In this document: positions 47,101-59,500 of the stretch, in pieces
How the letters are laid out: each line of letters opens with the position of its first letter
How positions within the stretch are numbered: position 1 is the stretch's first letter
From: a virus
Lineage: Duplodnaviria > Caudoviricetes
Direction: 5' to 3' (one strand)
Virus record (IMG/VR): IMGVR_UViG_3300032216_001891
Span: 1-64,000 of that record
DNA length: 64,000 nucleotides
Translations under genes and position numbers: made by a program
Notes under the pieces: generated by a model
The model's database searches: none
What the model was told of the DNA's origin: nothing
The model's input: the letters and a program-made list of their open reading frames with translations, nothing else

Positions 47101-47537
47101 ACAAAGCACTCAGTGACACAATTATTTACAATCCTGGTAGATATAAACCAGTATTCGGTGCCAAGGCCAACCCCTCCTTGCAAGCCACATTTAAAGTGGT
47201 TAAAAATCCAAATTTAATCATTAGCGACAACGATGTAATCAGCGGAGTAGTTGTTGCAATCAATACTTATTTTGACACAGCCAATTGGAACTTTGGTGAA
47301 ACCTTTTATTTCAGTGAATTGGCCACTTATTTACACAACGCATTGGCACCAAATGTAGCCAGCATTATTATTGTACCCGCCAGTACTGAGTTGGCATTTG
47401 GCGGACTCATGCAGATCAACGCCAATCCAGATGAAATTATTGTAAGCTGTGCCACAGCCGATAATATACAAATCATCAGTGCTATAACTGCTGCACAAAT
47501 TAATCAGACCTTGGCCGGGTCAAACATCATCGTATAA
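44148..47537 (+). CDS. gp6: Baseplate wedge subunit
   Basis: DFETIR, E.FFDTAQRRDS, FGDG and QNRMITGEDY are gp6 motifs. Confidence 0.88.
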   Translation: MSITTRQTNLLVNQDWTTLYQSFQNANFQSYDFETIRKSMIDYLRNYYPEDFNDFTESSEYIALIDLIAFLGQSLAFRTDLNARESFFDTAQRRDSILKLASLINYNAKRTTPAAGYLKIDSITTSESVTDSNGLNLANLLINWNDTTNEDWQEQFTAVFNAALISNQNIGTPGNTQDINGILTSEYSINLLGGVIPTYTFNATIEGTSTAFEAVSATSVGQSYVYEASPAPSGRFNILYQNDNLGNGSNNTGYFVYFKQGTLNNLVLNLQQSLPNRVVNVNYDNINNTDVWLYKLDNAGVPSSIWSSVPAVAGINIIYNQSTSRNLYQINTRANDQIDLVFGDGSFANIPQGNFQLFYRVSNGLNYKITPDEMQNIVIAINYVSKNNRVETLTMRASLYYTVTNAATRELIDDIRVKAPQQYYTQNRMITGEDYNLFPYTNFSSILKVKAVNRTSSGISRYLDVLDVTGKYSSTNMFGTDGWLYQQNSVPSSTFSFTSTNDINNVIYNTVIPILNSTEVKHFYYANYTRYAPASTTTWTQATADSGSSSGYLVNGTVIQNVGYVTNTNFKYITTGALLKFTAGTGNYFNAQNIIVSGTPVYANDKKYIWSLVSSVTNSNTLQITQNIPTGAVLESIIPVFKNDLSNLTFVNTMVNLIKSYKNFGIRYDVPAQTWKIIAPADLNTTTAFSLTNTGSTTGTGLDSSWIIAFAYNGVNYNLAHRNLKYVFESLEQTRFYFDKKVKVFDSKSGSTVIDQVSILKNNTAPDSLTATLGQDQRWYIYDNVITADGRIDYTQVLVTFSAVNNDGVPDDPDIFSNIANTTPSGRYVFFQQVTDANTNAGNFLTAAPVDNTSIVTIYTTQSAILANQNLYVNGQVFYATSENKFYVLSISVAGTRTLAQSTSYIAEIGRQNLNFQYRHNSPNTHRVDPSPNNIMDLYLLTASYTSDYTAWIRDTTDTLTEPALPTNEELKLAYGSGATSLENYKALSDTIIYNPGRYKPVFGAKANPSLQATFKVVKNPNLIISDNDVISGVVVAINTYFDTANWNFGETFYFSELATYLHNALAPNVASIIIVPASTELAFGGLMQINANPDEIIVSCATADNIQIISAITAAQINQTLAGSNIIV

Positions 47538-47549
47538 TTGGGAACAGCA

Positions 47550-50500
47550 ATGGCATCAATAAAAACTGCAAATTTTTTACCAGAAGTATTTAGAACGGAC
47601 AACAATCGTAAATTCTTGGGTGCCACCTTAGATCAATTGGTGACCCCACCGGATTTAAGAAAAGTCAATGCCTATGTAGGACGTAAATTTGCACCCACGT
47701 ATCAAAACTCCAATAACTACCAGCCCGAAAGCAGTGGCTTAAGACAGAATTATCAGTTGGAACCCAGTGTGGTTGTTAAAAACAAAACTGGTACAGTTGA
47801 TTTTTTCAGCAGTTACATCGATTTAATTAATCAAATTGCCTACAGTGGTGGTATAACCGACGATCACAGCAGACTATTTGCCACCGAAACCTACAGCTTC
47901 GATGGTTTATTTGATTTTGACAAATTTGTAAATTTTAATCAATACTATTGGCTCACCAACGGGCCTGCAACAGTTGACGTGTTTGGTGCCGGAGTTGATC
48001 AAACTCAAACTTTCACAGTGACAAGAGATGCCGGCACTGGATCTTATCACTTTTCTGGATCAGGCACGGCAAAGAATCCAGCACTGCGTTTGGCACGTGG
48101 CGGTACTTATAAATTTGTAGTGAATCAACCCGGATACCCTTTTTGGATTCAAAGTTCCGCGGGCACATCGGGGTTAAAAAATAATCAAAGCAATCTAAGC
48201 AGCAGAGATATACTGGGAATAGAAAACAATGGCACAGATGTGGGCACAGTTACATTTCGAGTCCCACAAGCCACAGCACAAGATTATTATGTTTATATGA
48301 AGTATCCCAACGACGACATAGTATCGGGCACTGTTGATGCATCAACCGAATTACACTACAGTCAAATTCAAGGTGCCACTCTCAGTCAACTCACAGCACT
48401 GGGTGGACTTGATGGGGTACGCTCACAGTTGTTGGGTAAAACTTTTATTTTTATCAATCAAGACATTGACGACTTGTACTGGACTGCCGGAGGCCTCACA
48501 ATACCAAGAGCCACACGTAGAAATGTTTGGCAAATCCAAGCGGTTGATCCATTGGCTGCTGATCCAGTTATTAATTTGATATCTGTTACCAATGTACTAA
48601 AAAATCAAAAAATTTATGTATCTAGTGGTCAAAACTATGCGGAATATAGTTTTTATTTAGACCTACAATTTTTAACATACAAACAAATTCCAAACATCAC
48701 AGCACCCCTTGATACAATATATTATCAAGACGGAGCAAGTGCCGGCTATGTTGGGCAACTTAATTTGGTCAACATCAACGACAATACATTGAAAGTAGAT
48801 GATGATATTGTTGGCAAATCAGATTATACCAGTCCCAACGGTGTTGTATTCACTAACGGCTTAAAAATTCAGTTTGATGCCAGTGCTGTTCCTGCCACTT
48901 ATGCCAACAGAACATACTATGTTGAGGGAGTAGGAACTGCAATACAATTATTACCGGAAACAGATTTTGTAACACCTGAACCTTATGCTGTCAATGGTAT
49001 TGCATCTCCGGATTATATCACAATCAATCGAGCCAGTCAAGATTTAAATCCTTGGACACGTAGTAACCGTTGGTTTCATATCGACGTTATCAAAGCTGCG
49101 GCTGAATATAACAATGATGTTCCTGTTTTTGATCAAAATGTTAGAGCCAATCGTCCTATAATCGAATTTGAAGCCGATCTACAGCTTTATAATTTTGGTC
49201 GTGTAGCAAAGACTCCGGTGGATATATTTGATTTGACTACAACTGATGCACGTAACACAGTAGAACTCAGTACAACGTTCCAATTAAACGGTGTTTCTTT
49301 ACAAAACGGGCAACGTGTAATCTTTGCCAATGATTTTGATCCCACAGTGAGAAATCAAATATTCATTATCAGTATTTCTGAAATCAATCAAACACCTGTG
49401 GTTACTCTAAGCCCAGCAGAGGACAGTGTAATCAGCACTTTCAATAACTTAATTGTGTTACAGGGCAACAACCGTGGTGTAGAATACTGGTTTGACGGTA
49501 GTGACTGGATTGTTGGACAGCAAAAAACTGGAGTGAATCAAACTCCCATGTTTGATGTGTATGATAACAACGGCATCAGTATTGGCGATACAGATTTGTA
49601 TCCGTTATCTACTTTTGCCACTGCTACTAATAATCTTGGCACGGTAGTGGGCGGAACAAAAATCTTTTCATACCGTACGGGCACTGGGGTTAATGATCAA
49701 ATTCTAGGGTTCCCTTTAAGTTATAGAACATTTAATCAAGTTGGGGATATACAGTTCAACAATGATTTTGATACAGATGTATTTTCGTATACACTTGCTT
49801 CAACAGCAACAACAGAAAATATACATTCCTTGGGGACACTGAGAAAAAATTCTGGACTGGTGAATGGTACGGCAAGAAACACATGGACCAAAGTTGTTGA
49901 GCCCAGTCGTCAATATCAAATAATATCCGGAGTATACAACGGAGTAAATCGTTACTTTGAAATAGACATACGACCCGAGGCTAGAAATACAATACCATAT
50001 TTTAAGGTATTTAAAAACTTTACTGAATTGACCACTGCACAGTTTCAAGTGGTATCGGCCGGTGTTAAACTGTATGTGAAAATAACTGATCCTGATCTAG
50101 TCACTGACGATAAAATAGATATTCTAATTTACAGCAAAACAGTCAGTGCCTTGGGACACTATCAAGTGCCCGATAATCTCAATTTCAACACAGAAAATGC
50201 TAACTTTGCCAGTTTAACTTTGGGTCAATTGCGTAATCATTTAGTAACACTGGTGTCCAATAGCAATCAAGTTACGGGATCGGCATTTGGCGACAACAAT
50301 CTTAGAGATAGGCCTATCAAAGCCCAAGGCGGAAATATTTTACAAAATGCCGGCCCGGTGTTGTACAGTGAATTATTTTTAGTTGATCCTGAAATTAATT
50401 TCTTAAAAGGGCTGGAGCTGGCAAGACACAACTACGGTAGGATTAAAAATAAAATACTTGAATCGGCCATCAAATTAAAAAATATAAACACCGATGATAT

Positions 50501-53500
50501 TCCCGGCATGTTGGACGCTATACTGTTGACCATTAACGGAGTAAAAAACAATTCGTTTCCTTGGTACTACAGTGATATGGTTCCTTATGGCCCGTTAAAA
50601 AACACCATCACTTACAAAGTGATTGAAGCAGAACAAACTGATTATGAAATAACAAATATATTTGTTGACACCAAGTTGAGTAATCAATCAGTATTGGTGT
50701 ATGTCAACAATGTTCAATTAACCAAAGGCACGGACTATGTATTTGATACTACCCGTGCTGGAATCACATTTAAAACTGCATTGGCGGTGGATGATGTCAT
50801 TACAATTAACGAATACAGCAACACAGACGGAAACTATATTCCTGATACTCCTACCAAGTTGGGATTATATCCTAAATTTACTCCTAAGATATATCTAGAT
50901 GAAACTTACGTCACGCCCATTAATGTAATACAAGGACATGATGGTAGTGTAACTCCAGCGTTCAACGATTTTAGAGATCAGTTACTGTTGGAATTTGAAT
51001 TACGCATTTACAATAATATTAAAATTGACACCACATTGGTCAGTGACAATATCTATAACACAGTTCCTGGTAAATTCCGCGAAACCGATTATAGTCTTGC
51101 GGAGTTTACACGGTTATTGAGTAAAAGTTTTTTACAATGGGTCGGGGCCAACAGGGTCGATTTTACCAGTAACACGTATTTTGTTGGCGACGATCCGTTT
51201 ACGTGGAACTTTGCTAGATTCGTAGACACAGTCAACGGAGAAGCGTTGCCGGGAACTTGGCGTGCCATTTATCAATATTTTTACGACACTGTAGCTCCCA
51301 ATACAGCGCCGTGGGAAATGTTGGGCTTTAGTGAAGAACCCGAGTGGTGGGAAACACGTTATGGAGTTGCACCCTACACCGGGGGAAATTTAGTAATGTG
51401 GGGCGATTTAGAAGTTGGTTACGTATGGAACAACGGTGACAGTTACACCGACACAAGATTTGCACGTCCGGGACTGTTGAGTATTATACCTGTGGACGAA
51501 AACGGCAATCTACGTAACCCAGCACAATTTTTAGTAAAGTCTTTCAACAGCAACCAAGCCAACGGTAGTTATGCAGTGGGCCAACAGGGCCCAGTGGAAA
51601 CAGCTTGGAGACGTAGCAGTGATTATCCTTATGCTGTGCAAGAAGCCATTGCTCTAGCCAAGCCGGGATATTTCTTTGGTACACTGATGGATGTCACTAG
51701 ATATTACAAAAATACAACTCTAGATCAATATACATTGAGCGATAGTTTACAACGTATCACTCCGGGGGCAATTCACATCAACGGTGAGAGTTCGGGCTCA
51801 GGCAACTATCGAGTTGCGGGATACATAAACTGGATTGCCGATTACCTACGTAGCCAAGGCATAGAACCAGTGAGCAAAATTACTGGATACTTGGACTTGG
51901 TTACTGTGCAATTGGCCTATAAAATGGCCGGATACAGTGATAAATCATTTTTACAAGTATTGGCCGAACAAGCCAGCCCCACCAGCACCACTAACAGTGT
52001 GGTAATTCCAGCAGAAAACTACACACTGGAATTGTATAAATCAACACCGGTGAAAACAGTCACCTACAGTGCAGTTATAGTAGAAAAAAGCGAAAACGGA
52101 TATACCGTGAGTGGATACGACACTGGTAATCCTTACTTTACAATTATTCCCAGTCTAGCCAATAATAATGCTTATCCCATAACAGTGCTAAACGACACTG
52201 GCATAGTGTATCAAGACTATCAAAAATACAAGATCACTGTGCCTTACGGATTTGAGTTTACCAATAAACAACAAGTGGTGGATTTTTTAATCAGTTATGA
52301 AAGATACTTGGTTGGTAGTGGATTTGTATTTGCTGATAAAGATCCCAACTTGGAAACACAGCGAGACTTTAAACTCAGTGTTCAAGAATTTTTAGCATGG
52401 AGTCAGCAAGGGTGGGCAGTGGGCACTGTTATGATATTGAGTCCGGTGTTGAATCACTTGACTGTAAACAACACCCAAGGAGTTATTGATAAAATAGAAA
52501 ATGCACCATTGCAATCTAGAATTTTAGATCCTGAATTTAATTTTATCAAGTACAACGAACTCACAGTGTCAAGAACCGACAACGTATTCACATTGACTGC
52601 TATATCTGGTCGCACCATAGCGTTGGCTGTGTTGGATGTAGTAGAATACGAACATGTGTTAATTTTTGACAATGTTACAGTGTTTAATGATGTAATTTAT
52701 GCACCAAAGTTGGGCAACAGACAATACAGATTAAAGCTAGTGGGACAAAAAACTGGTGCATGGACCGGTGCTCTTAATCCTCCTGGCTTTGTATACAACA
52801 GTGCCGCAGTGGACGCATGGCAACCTGGAGTTGATTATTTGTTGGGTAGTTTGGTGGTATACAAAAATACCTATTATACCAATACACAGAATTTAACAGC
52901 CACCACAACATTTGTGCCCGCACAGTGGAAACGCCTTGCTAAGAATCAAATTCAAACAGGGTTATTGCCAAATTTCAGTTACAACGCTGGAAAATCATTG
53001 AGATATAATAATTTCAATGACCCAGAATTACAAGGCGACTTTGCTAACTTTGTGGGTAACGAAGTGGGATTTACCCCTAGACAATACTTGACAAACTTTG
53101 GTATTGATACTCCCACACAGGCTAAATTTTATCAAGGGTTTATTAGACAAAAAGGCACACTGAATTCTGTCACAGCATTTACTGCGGCGGGATTCAACGG
53201 TGTAAGCAGCACAGTCAACTTGTATGAAGATTGGGCCATGCGTGTGGGAGAATTTGGTGCATTGAATAACAATAGATATGTTGAACTAATACTCAGCGAG
53301 GGTGTGTTCACGGGCGAGCCCGCTGTGTTTAATTTTTTAAACAACGGAGCTACAACCACTGACAACATCGTTGCTGTTTATCCCGATGACATATACCGGT
53401 CCAGCAAGGGTTACTCTCCTGCAATTTTTAAAGATAGAGACAACTCTAGTTTTTATGAAAATGATTTATTAACTGCTGGATATGTCAATGTTGCCGATGT

Positions 53501-56500
53501 AGATGCACAGATATTTAATATACAAGCATACGGACAACTCAATTCACAATTGGCCAATGTGGCTCCGGGTTACAAAATCTGGGCTGCACGAGACAACATC
53601 ACCACCAGTTGGCAAGTATATCGCGTAAACGAAACTAATGTACTGGTAAATTCAGTGTTCTATAATGTAGATTACACTGTTACAGTAACCACAACCCGAG
53701 CTCATGGTTCAGTTCGTGGTGATTATGTTGTGATCAAAGGATTTGACGGCCGAGTGGATGGGTTTTATCAAGTCTCGTCTGTGGTTGACAATTATAGGTT
53801 CAACATAATCATTGATGTCAACAGTTACCCGGTGCTGAAATCTGCAGGAACCATCACAGGATTGGGTGTTTTGTACCGATTACAATCACTGAGAATAAAA
53901 ACAGCCACAGACTTGAACGCCATCACTCCGTTGAATCAATGGCAGGATGGAGATAAATTATGGGTTGACCAAGATCAAAACACCGCGGGTTGGGTGGTAT
54001 ACAACAAGTCTACACCTTGGGTCACATCCAACGCCAGTGTGACGTCCAATCCTCTCAGTATGCAGTTAGATGCCAACAGTTACATCAGTAATTCAGGATT
54101 TGGTACAGTGTCGACTATAAATCAGACTGGTACATTTGCAGCAGCCAGTATGCCTAATTTAGGTAAGGGCAATGTAATTGCATTTGTCTCTAATATCTCC
54201 AATGGTTATAACTTTACCATGGTGGCTAATCTTGGTGCTCCAGTGGCCAACAGTGTGAGTTTATTTGGTGCCAGTTTAGATTCTGCTGGTAATTTATTAT
54301 ACGTTGGCAATCCCGGCAACGGAAGCACAGAGTATGGTAGAACGCATATCCATAAATTTGATGCTACTGGTACTCCTACTGTAAACACTACTGCTGTTAT
54401 TACTGCCCTCCTACAAGCGTCGGTTGATATTGAACCTGCAAAGACTTTATTTAAAACAACAACAGTTGGTGGAAGGCCACTAGGCGACATTAACAATTCT
54501 GGGACACTATCTCCATTGGATGCCTTGTACTATGGCCAATGGGATGCAGGAACCAACACAGATCCAGGGCAAATTTCTTGGATTACAGGAACGTTAAATC
54601 CATACATATTAGCAAACCCCACCAATTATGGGGCATATCTTAATTACTTCTTTACTTTATCACAAACATTATCGAGCCCATTCACCGGTAATATCGGAGA
54701 TCAATTTGGCTACAGTGTAAGTGCCAGTAGTGATAGTGCTTGGTTATATGTTGGCGCTCCCGGTGCCGGCAATGTGTATGTGTATCATGCCAATGCCAAC
54801 GGTTATTACAGTTATGCCAACACCATTACAGGTAATAGTTATGTCACTTCAGGCAATGCTATATTGGCACGATTTGGCCTTGTAGTTAACACCACCTCCG
54901 AGGGCGATTACACTGCCGTTGGTGCTCCAGGCGAAACTGTCGCAGGCGTATCATCGGCTGGTGCAGTTTATACGTTTAATCGCAGTCAAGAATCATTTGT
55001 TGCCACAGGCAATACAGCATATTATCCACAGTACCCGATCACTGCCAGCACCTTATTGGTAACAGTCAACGGTAATGTTGTAACCACAGGTTACACCAGT
55101 AACAGCAGTGCTGTGACATTTACAGCAGCTCCGGTGGTGGGTACAACAATCACTGTCGACACCAACAAGATACAATTGGTAAAAAAATTAACAGAAACTA
55201 TACCCGGCAGTGGAAATCAATTTGGAACAGTGGTACACATAGCCGGTAATGATGCAGATGTATATGCATCCAGCCCTGGTTATAACGAAGTGGGATACCA
55301 CAGTGGTGTTGTTTATAGATTTGCCAACTACGGTGCCAATTACGGCACAGCCACTGGCAATGTATACGATCCAGTAGTCACTGTGGGCGATAACCTGTAT
55401 ATTAACGGACGACTGGTGACATTTGGAGCCAACGCCACAGGTAGTCTTGTGGGCAATTTGCAATCCATTGTGGCTAATATTAATTCGGCCAATATACCAG
55501 GGATCACCGCAACAGCACAGGATTATGGATTGTTGACTCTAACTAGTAATGTAGCAATACCATACAAAAAATTATTGATTACCCCGGGCACAGGAACAGC
55601 GTTGGCTAATATTGGACTCGATGTTTACACTAATGTTCAATCTATCAAGCACCCTGGTGCTGCCGATGTTAACTCTTTTGGTAGTCAACTTACATCCAGT
55701 GTGGATAGTACCAATTTAATAATCAGTGCTAGTCGAGGGCAAACTAACACAGCAATGACTTTTGATCAAATGCTGACTCGGTTTGATGCAGAAGCTACAT
55801 CATTCAGCGACACACAAGCAGGTTCTGGGGTAGTATACATTTATGGATTGGTTGAAGGATCGTTAACTTCAAGTACATTGGATCAGTATGTATTGGTACA
55901 ACAGTTACAAAACAATGCAGTAAGTTCCAATGATCAATTGGGCAGTGGATTGTCGATGAATGTCGACACAATATTGGTTGGGGCTCCCGGAGACAGCAAT
56001 CATCTAACTACTGATTCAGTGAGCCAAGCATTGACCAGTATTCCCAATGCTGGCACCTACTACACATACAAAAACATCAGCGGTAATGTGGGATGGGACA
56101 TCATCAGCAGTGAACAACCTCGTGTGGACATTGACAGTATTACTAGAATGTACATATACAACAATGTCACTGATACACTATTGACAAACTTTGATCATAT
56201 TGATCCAGTCAAGGGCAAGTTACTGGGCATTGCCGAACAAGACCTAGACTATATCACTGCATACGACCCGGCTGTTTACAATGCCGGCGGTGGGCCCGAA
56301 GCTGGCCCCCTAGGCGGAGCCAGCCCTGACTTTCACTGGGGCGCTGCACAGGTTGGAAAAACTTGGTGGGACACCAGCTTGGTTCGGTATGTTGATTACG
56401 AACAAGGAAATTTAACCTATCGTGCCAATCACTGGGGCGAGATGTTCCCGGGCAGTACAGTGCAAGTATGCGAGTGGGTAGAGAGTTCTGTTGTACCTGA

Positions 56501-59500
56501 CCAATACACCGGCAGTGGTGTACCTCTTTATACAGAATTTCAATCTTATGTTGAAGAAAACTACGTAGATACAGCAACCAAAGTTGTACGCACTAGATAT
56601 TACTTTTGGGTCAAAGATAAAACCACTGTAGAAACAAATTCAACAAGACGAAACAGTGTTAAAATTTTACAAGAAATTATTGCCAACCCCACTGCTCAAT
56701 CGGTACCCTATGCTGCAGTACTACGCAACGATGCTGTGGCTTTATATAATATTGGTGACTACTTAACTGGTGCCGGCAACACAGTGGTGTTTCACGCTGA
56801 TACAGATGCACTCACTAATACCAACATTATACACAACGAATGGCAACTGGTTCAAGAAGGCAACAGCAATAGTTTAATACCTGATAGAATTGTTGAAAAA
56901 ATGATCGACAGTCTAGCCGGAGTGGACCGGTATGGAAATACAATTCCCGCAGTAAATTTATCCCCACAGACACGTATTGGATTAGACTTTACACAAACTG
57001 TGTTTGTGGACAGAATGCTGGCCTTGAAAAACTTTGTCGAGTATGTCAATAATGTAATGATTCAACATCCTATTGTAGAACAACGCAACATCAATAATTT
57101 ATATAGTGCTGAAGCCCAGCCCGACATCACTGAGTATGATCTTGCTATTGCCTCCCGTGCCGAATTGGACTACATCAACACTGCAACTTTATTATCAAAT
57201 TACACTGTGTTAGTAATCGCTGACGAAACACAAAACGAATTATGGACTATGCACACATGGACCGGAACAGCATGGTCCACTGTTCGCACTCAAAGTTATT
57301 ATACTCCGTTTTACTGGAGTTTTGCTGACTGGTACGACAGCACCTACAACTCCAGTGACACCATAAAATATTCGGCCAACACCTATGCCGATTTAGCTTC
57401 TCTAACCCCAACCGTTAATGATTCGGCTCGAGTGGCCAACAGAGGCAATGGTGAATTTGCTGTTTATCGTTATAACGGTACGATGTGGGATTTAGTAGGA
57501 CTTGAAAATGGCACTGTTCAATTCGACAGCACATTGTATACCAGTGCAGTGGCCGGCAACGAGATCAGAATACTATTTGAAACTGTGCGTGATGATATTT
57601 TTGTCGACACACTGATTGGTAACTTTAACGGATTGTTCTTTTATTTGATCAACTACATTCTAACCGAACAAAAATCTGTGGATTGGATATTTAAAACCAG
57701 CTTTGTTACAGTGTTACATCAACTAAAAAAATTAGAACAATTCCCAGCGTATATTCAAGACAACCAAACATACTATGAGAATTACATCAACGAGGTCAAA
57801 CCGTATAGAACCAGCATACGTGAATATTTGATTAATTATCAAGGCAGTGATGCGTTTTCTGGAGACATTACAGACTTTGATATACCAGCAACTTATATTG
57901 CCAACATCAACGCTTATCGTAGTCCAGATGGCAGTTTACCGTCAGACAGCTACAGTTTAACTACATTACCTCAATATAGCCAGTGGAATAACAATCACAG
58001 TTACAGTATCAATGCAGTTACAGTGAGTAACTCGGGTGCTAACTACTACACAACTCCCACAATTACAGTGATCGGTGGTGGTGGTACAGGTGCCACTGTA
58101 GAGGCAGTACTTGATGTAGTCAGCAACACTATTGCTAGATTTGATGTTGTTAATGCAGGATCGGGATATACTTCTACACCCACAATACAAATCAATGGAT
58201 CGGGCATAAACGCTGCTGGTTATCCAAAATTAGTGTCTGAGCAATACATCACCAGTGTGCCCTTACAAACTATAACTCTTGTGGGCAACGCTGTTGTTTA
58301 TGTAGGCAACATTATTACACAGCCCCTCACAGGTGCATCGGGGGTAGCCTACACAGCATCTACCGGCAACATTATTACTTTGAAAGATGTTGTTGGTACA
58401 TTTGTCAGCAACCAATGGTTATTTAGCGACTCTAGTAATTTATCGATACGCCCGGGAGTTGCCACAGTGTCAATGAAGTTGACCGGCAATCTTTCTGCTT
58501 ATACAGGCAATATTATTACCCAACCCGCCAGCGGTGCTCGAGCAGAGGTATATTCCGACTCCTCAGGAAAAGTCGTATCACTGTGGAACTACTCGGGAAC
58601 TTTTATTGGTAACGCATATCTATATAGAAATGGCTCAAATCTCAATGTTAGGCCCGCATACTACACTGTTTCATCAGTTCCACTCGCTGTTCCTTATACC
58701 ACTTTTGTTGATCAAAGTTACAATAAAGTTAGAACATTTACCACGCACGTAAAATTTGATAGAACCTCATATTCCAGCAATATTTCAGCATGGAAACCCA
58801 ACATCACTGTGACAGCAAATTCACGTGTGAGCTATCAAGGCAGTGCATACCAGGCCAATTCTACAGTGTACAGCAGTGCAACACTTAAATTAACTGCCAA
58901 CGTTTCGGCCAATGTGGGCGACTATATCACACAGAGCAACAACTCCACAGCCAATGCTAGAATCATTTCAATTGCCAGCAACAGTTTAATCACAGTGGCC
59001 AATTTGAGTGGTAATTTTATAAGACGTACAGGTAATATTGTAATTAATGGAGTCACTTCTATTGCTGCACCAATATCGGTTACAAATATATTTGACTATG
59101 GAAAGTATTCATTATTAGCAACTGCCAATTTAACCAATGCCAGCGATCGAATTACTGCTGCTTATCAACCTGGCTCGGGCATGCCAAGTTTAGACCTAGC
59201 ACAGTTAATGTCGGGAATAGAGTATCCGGGTGTACAAGTACAGGGTGTAAAATTTGGAGCTACAACTTCAAATATTTCATCTAACGTACTGTATTATTAC
59301 AGCAGTACTTCAACCTTGTATAGTTCCAATTTGGCCTTGATTGATTTTACCATGTATGGGCTACAACCTAAATTACCCGTATCTGTTGTTAATAACGATA
59401 CCGGATTTAGAAGTAATGTTACTATATTAAATATCACTCCAGGATCAATATTTTTAGTTGGATCGATGCCCGACATCACACTGGGCTCCAACGTCAGCAT

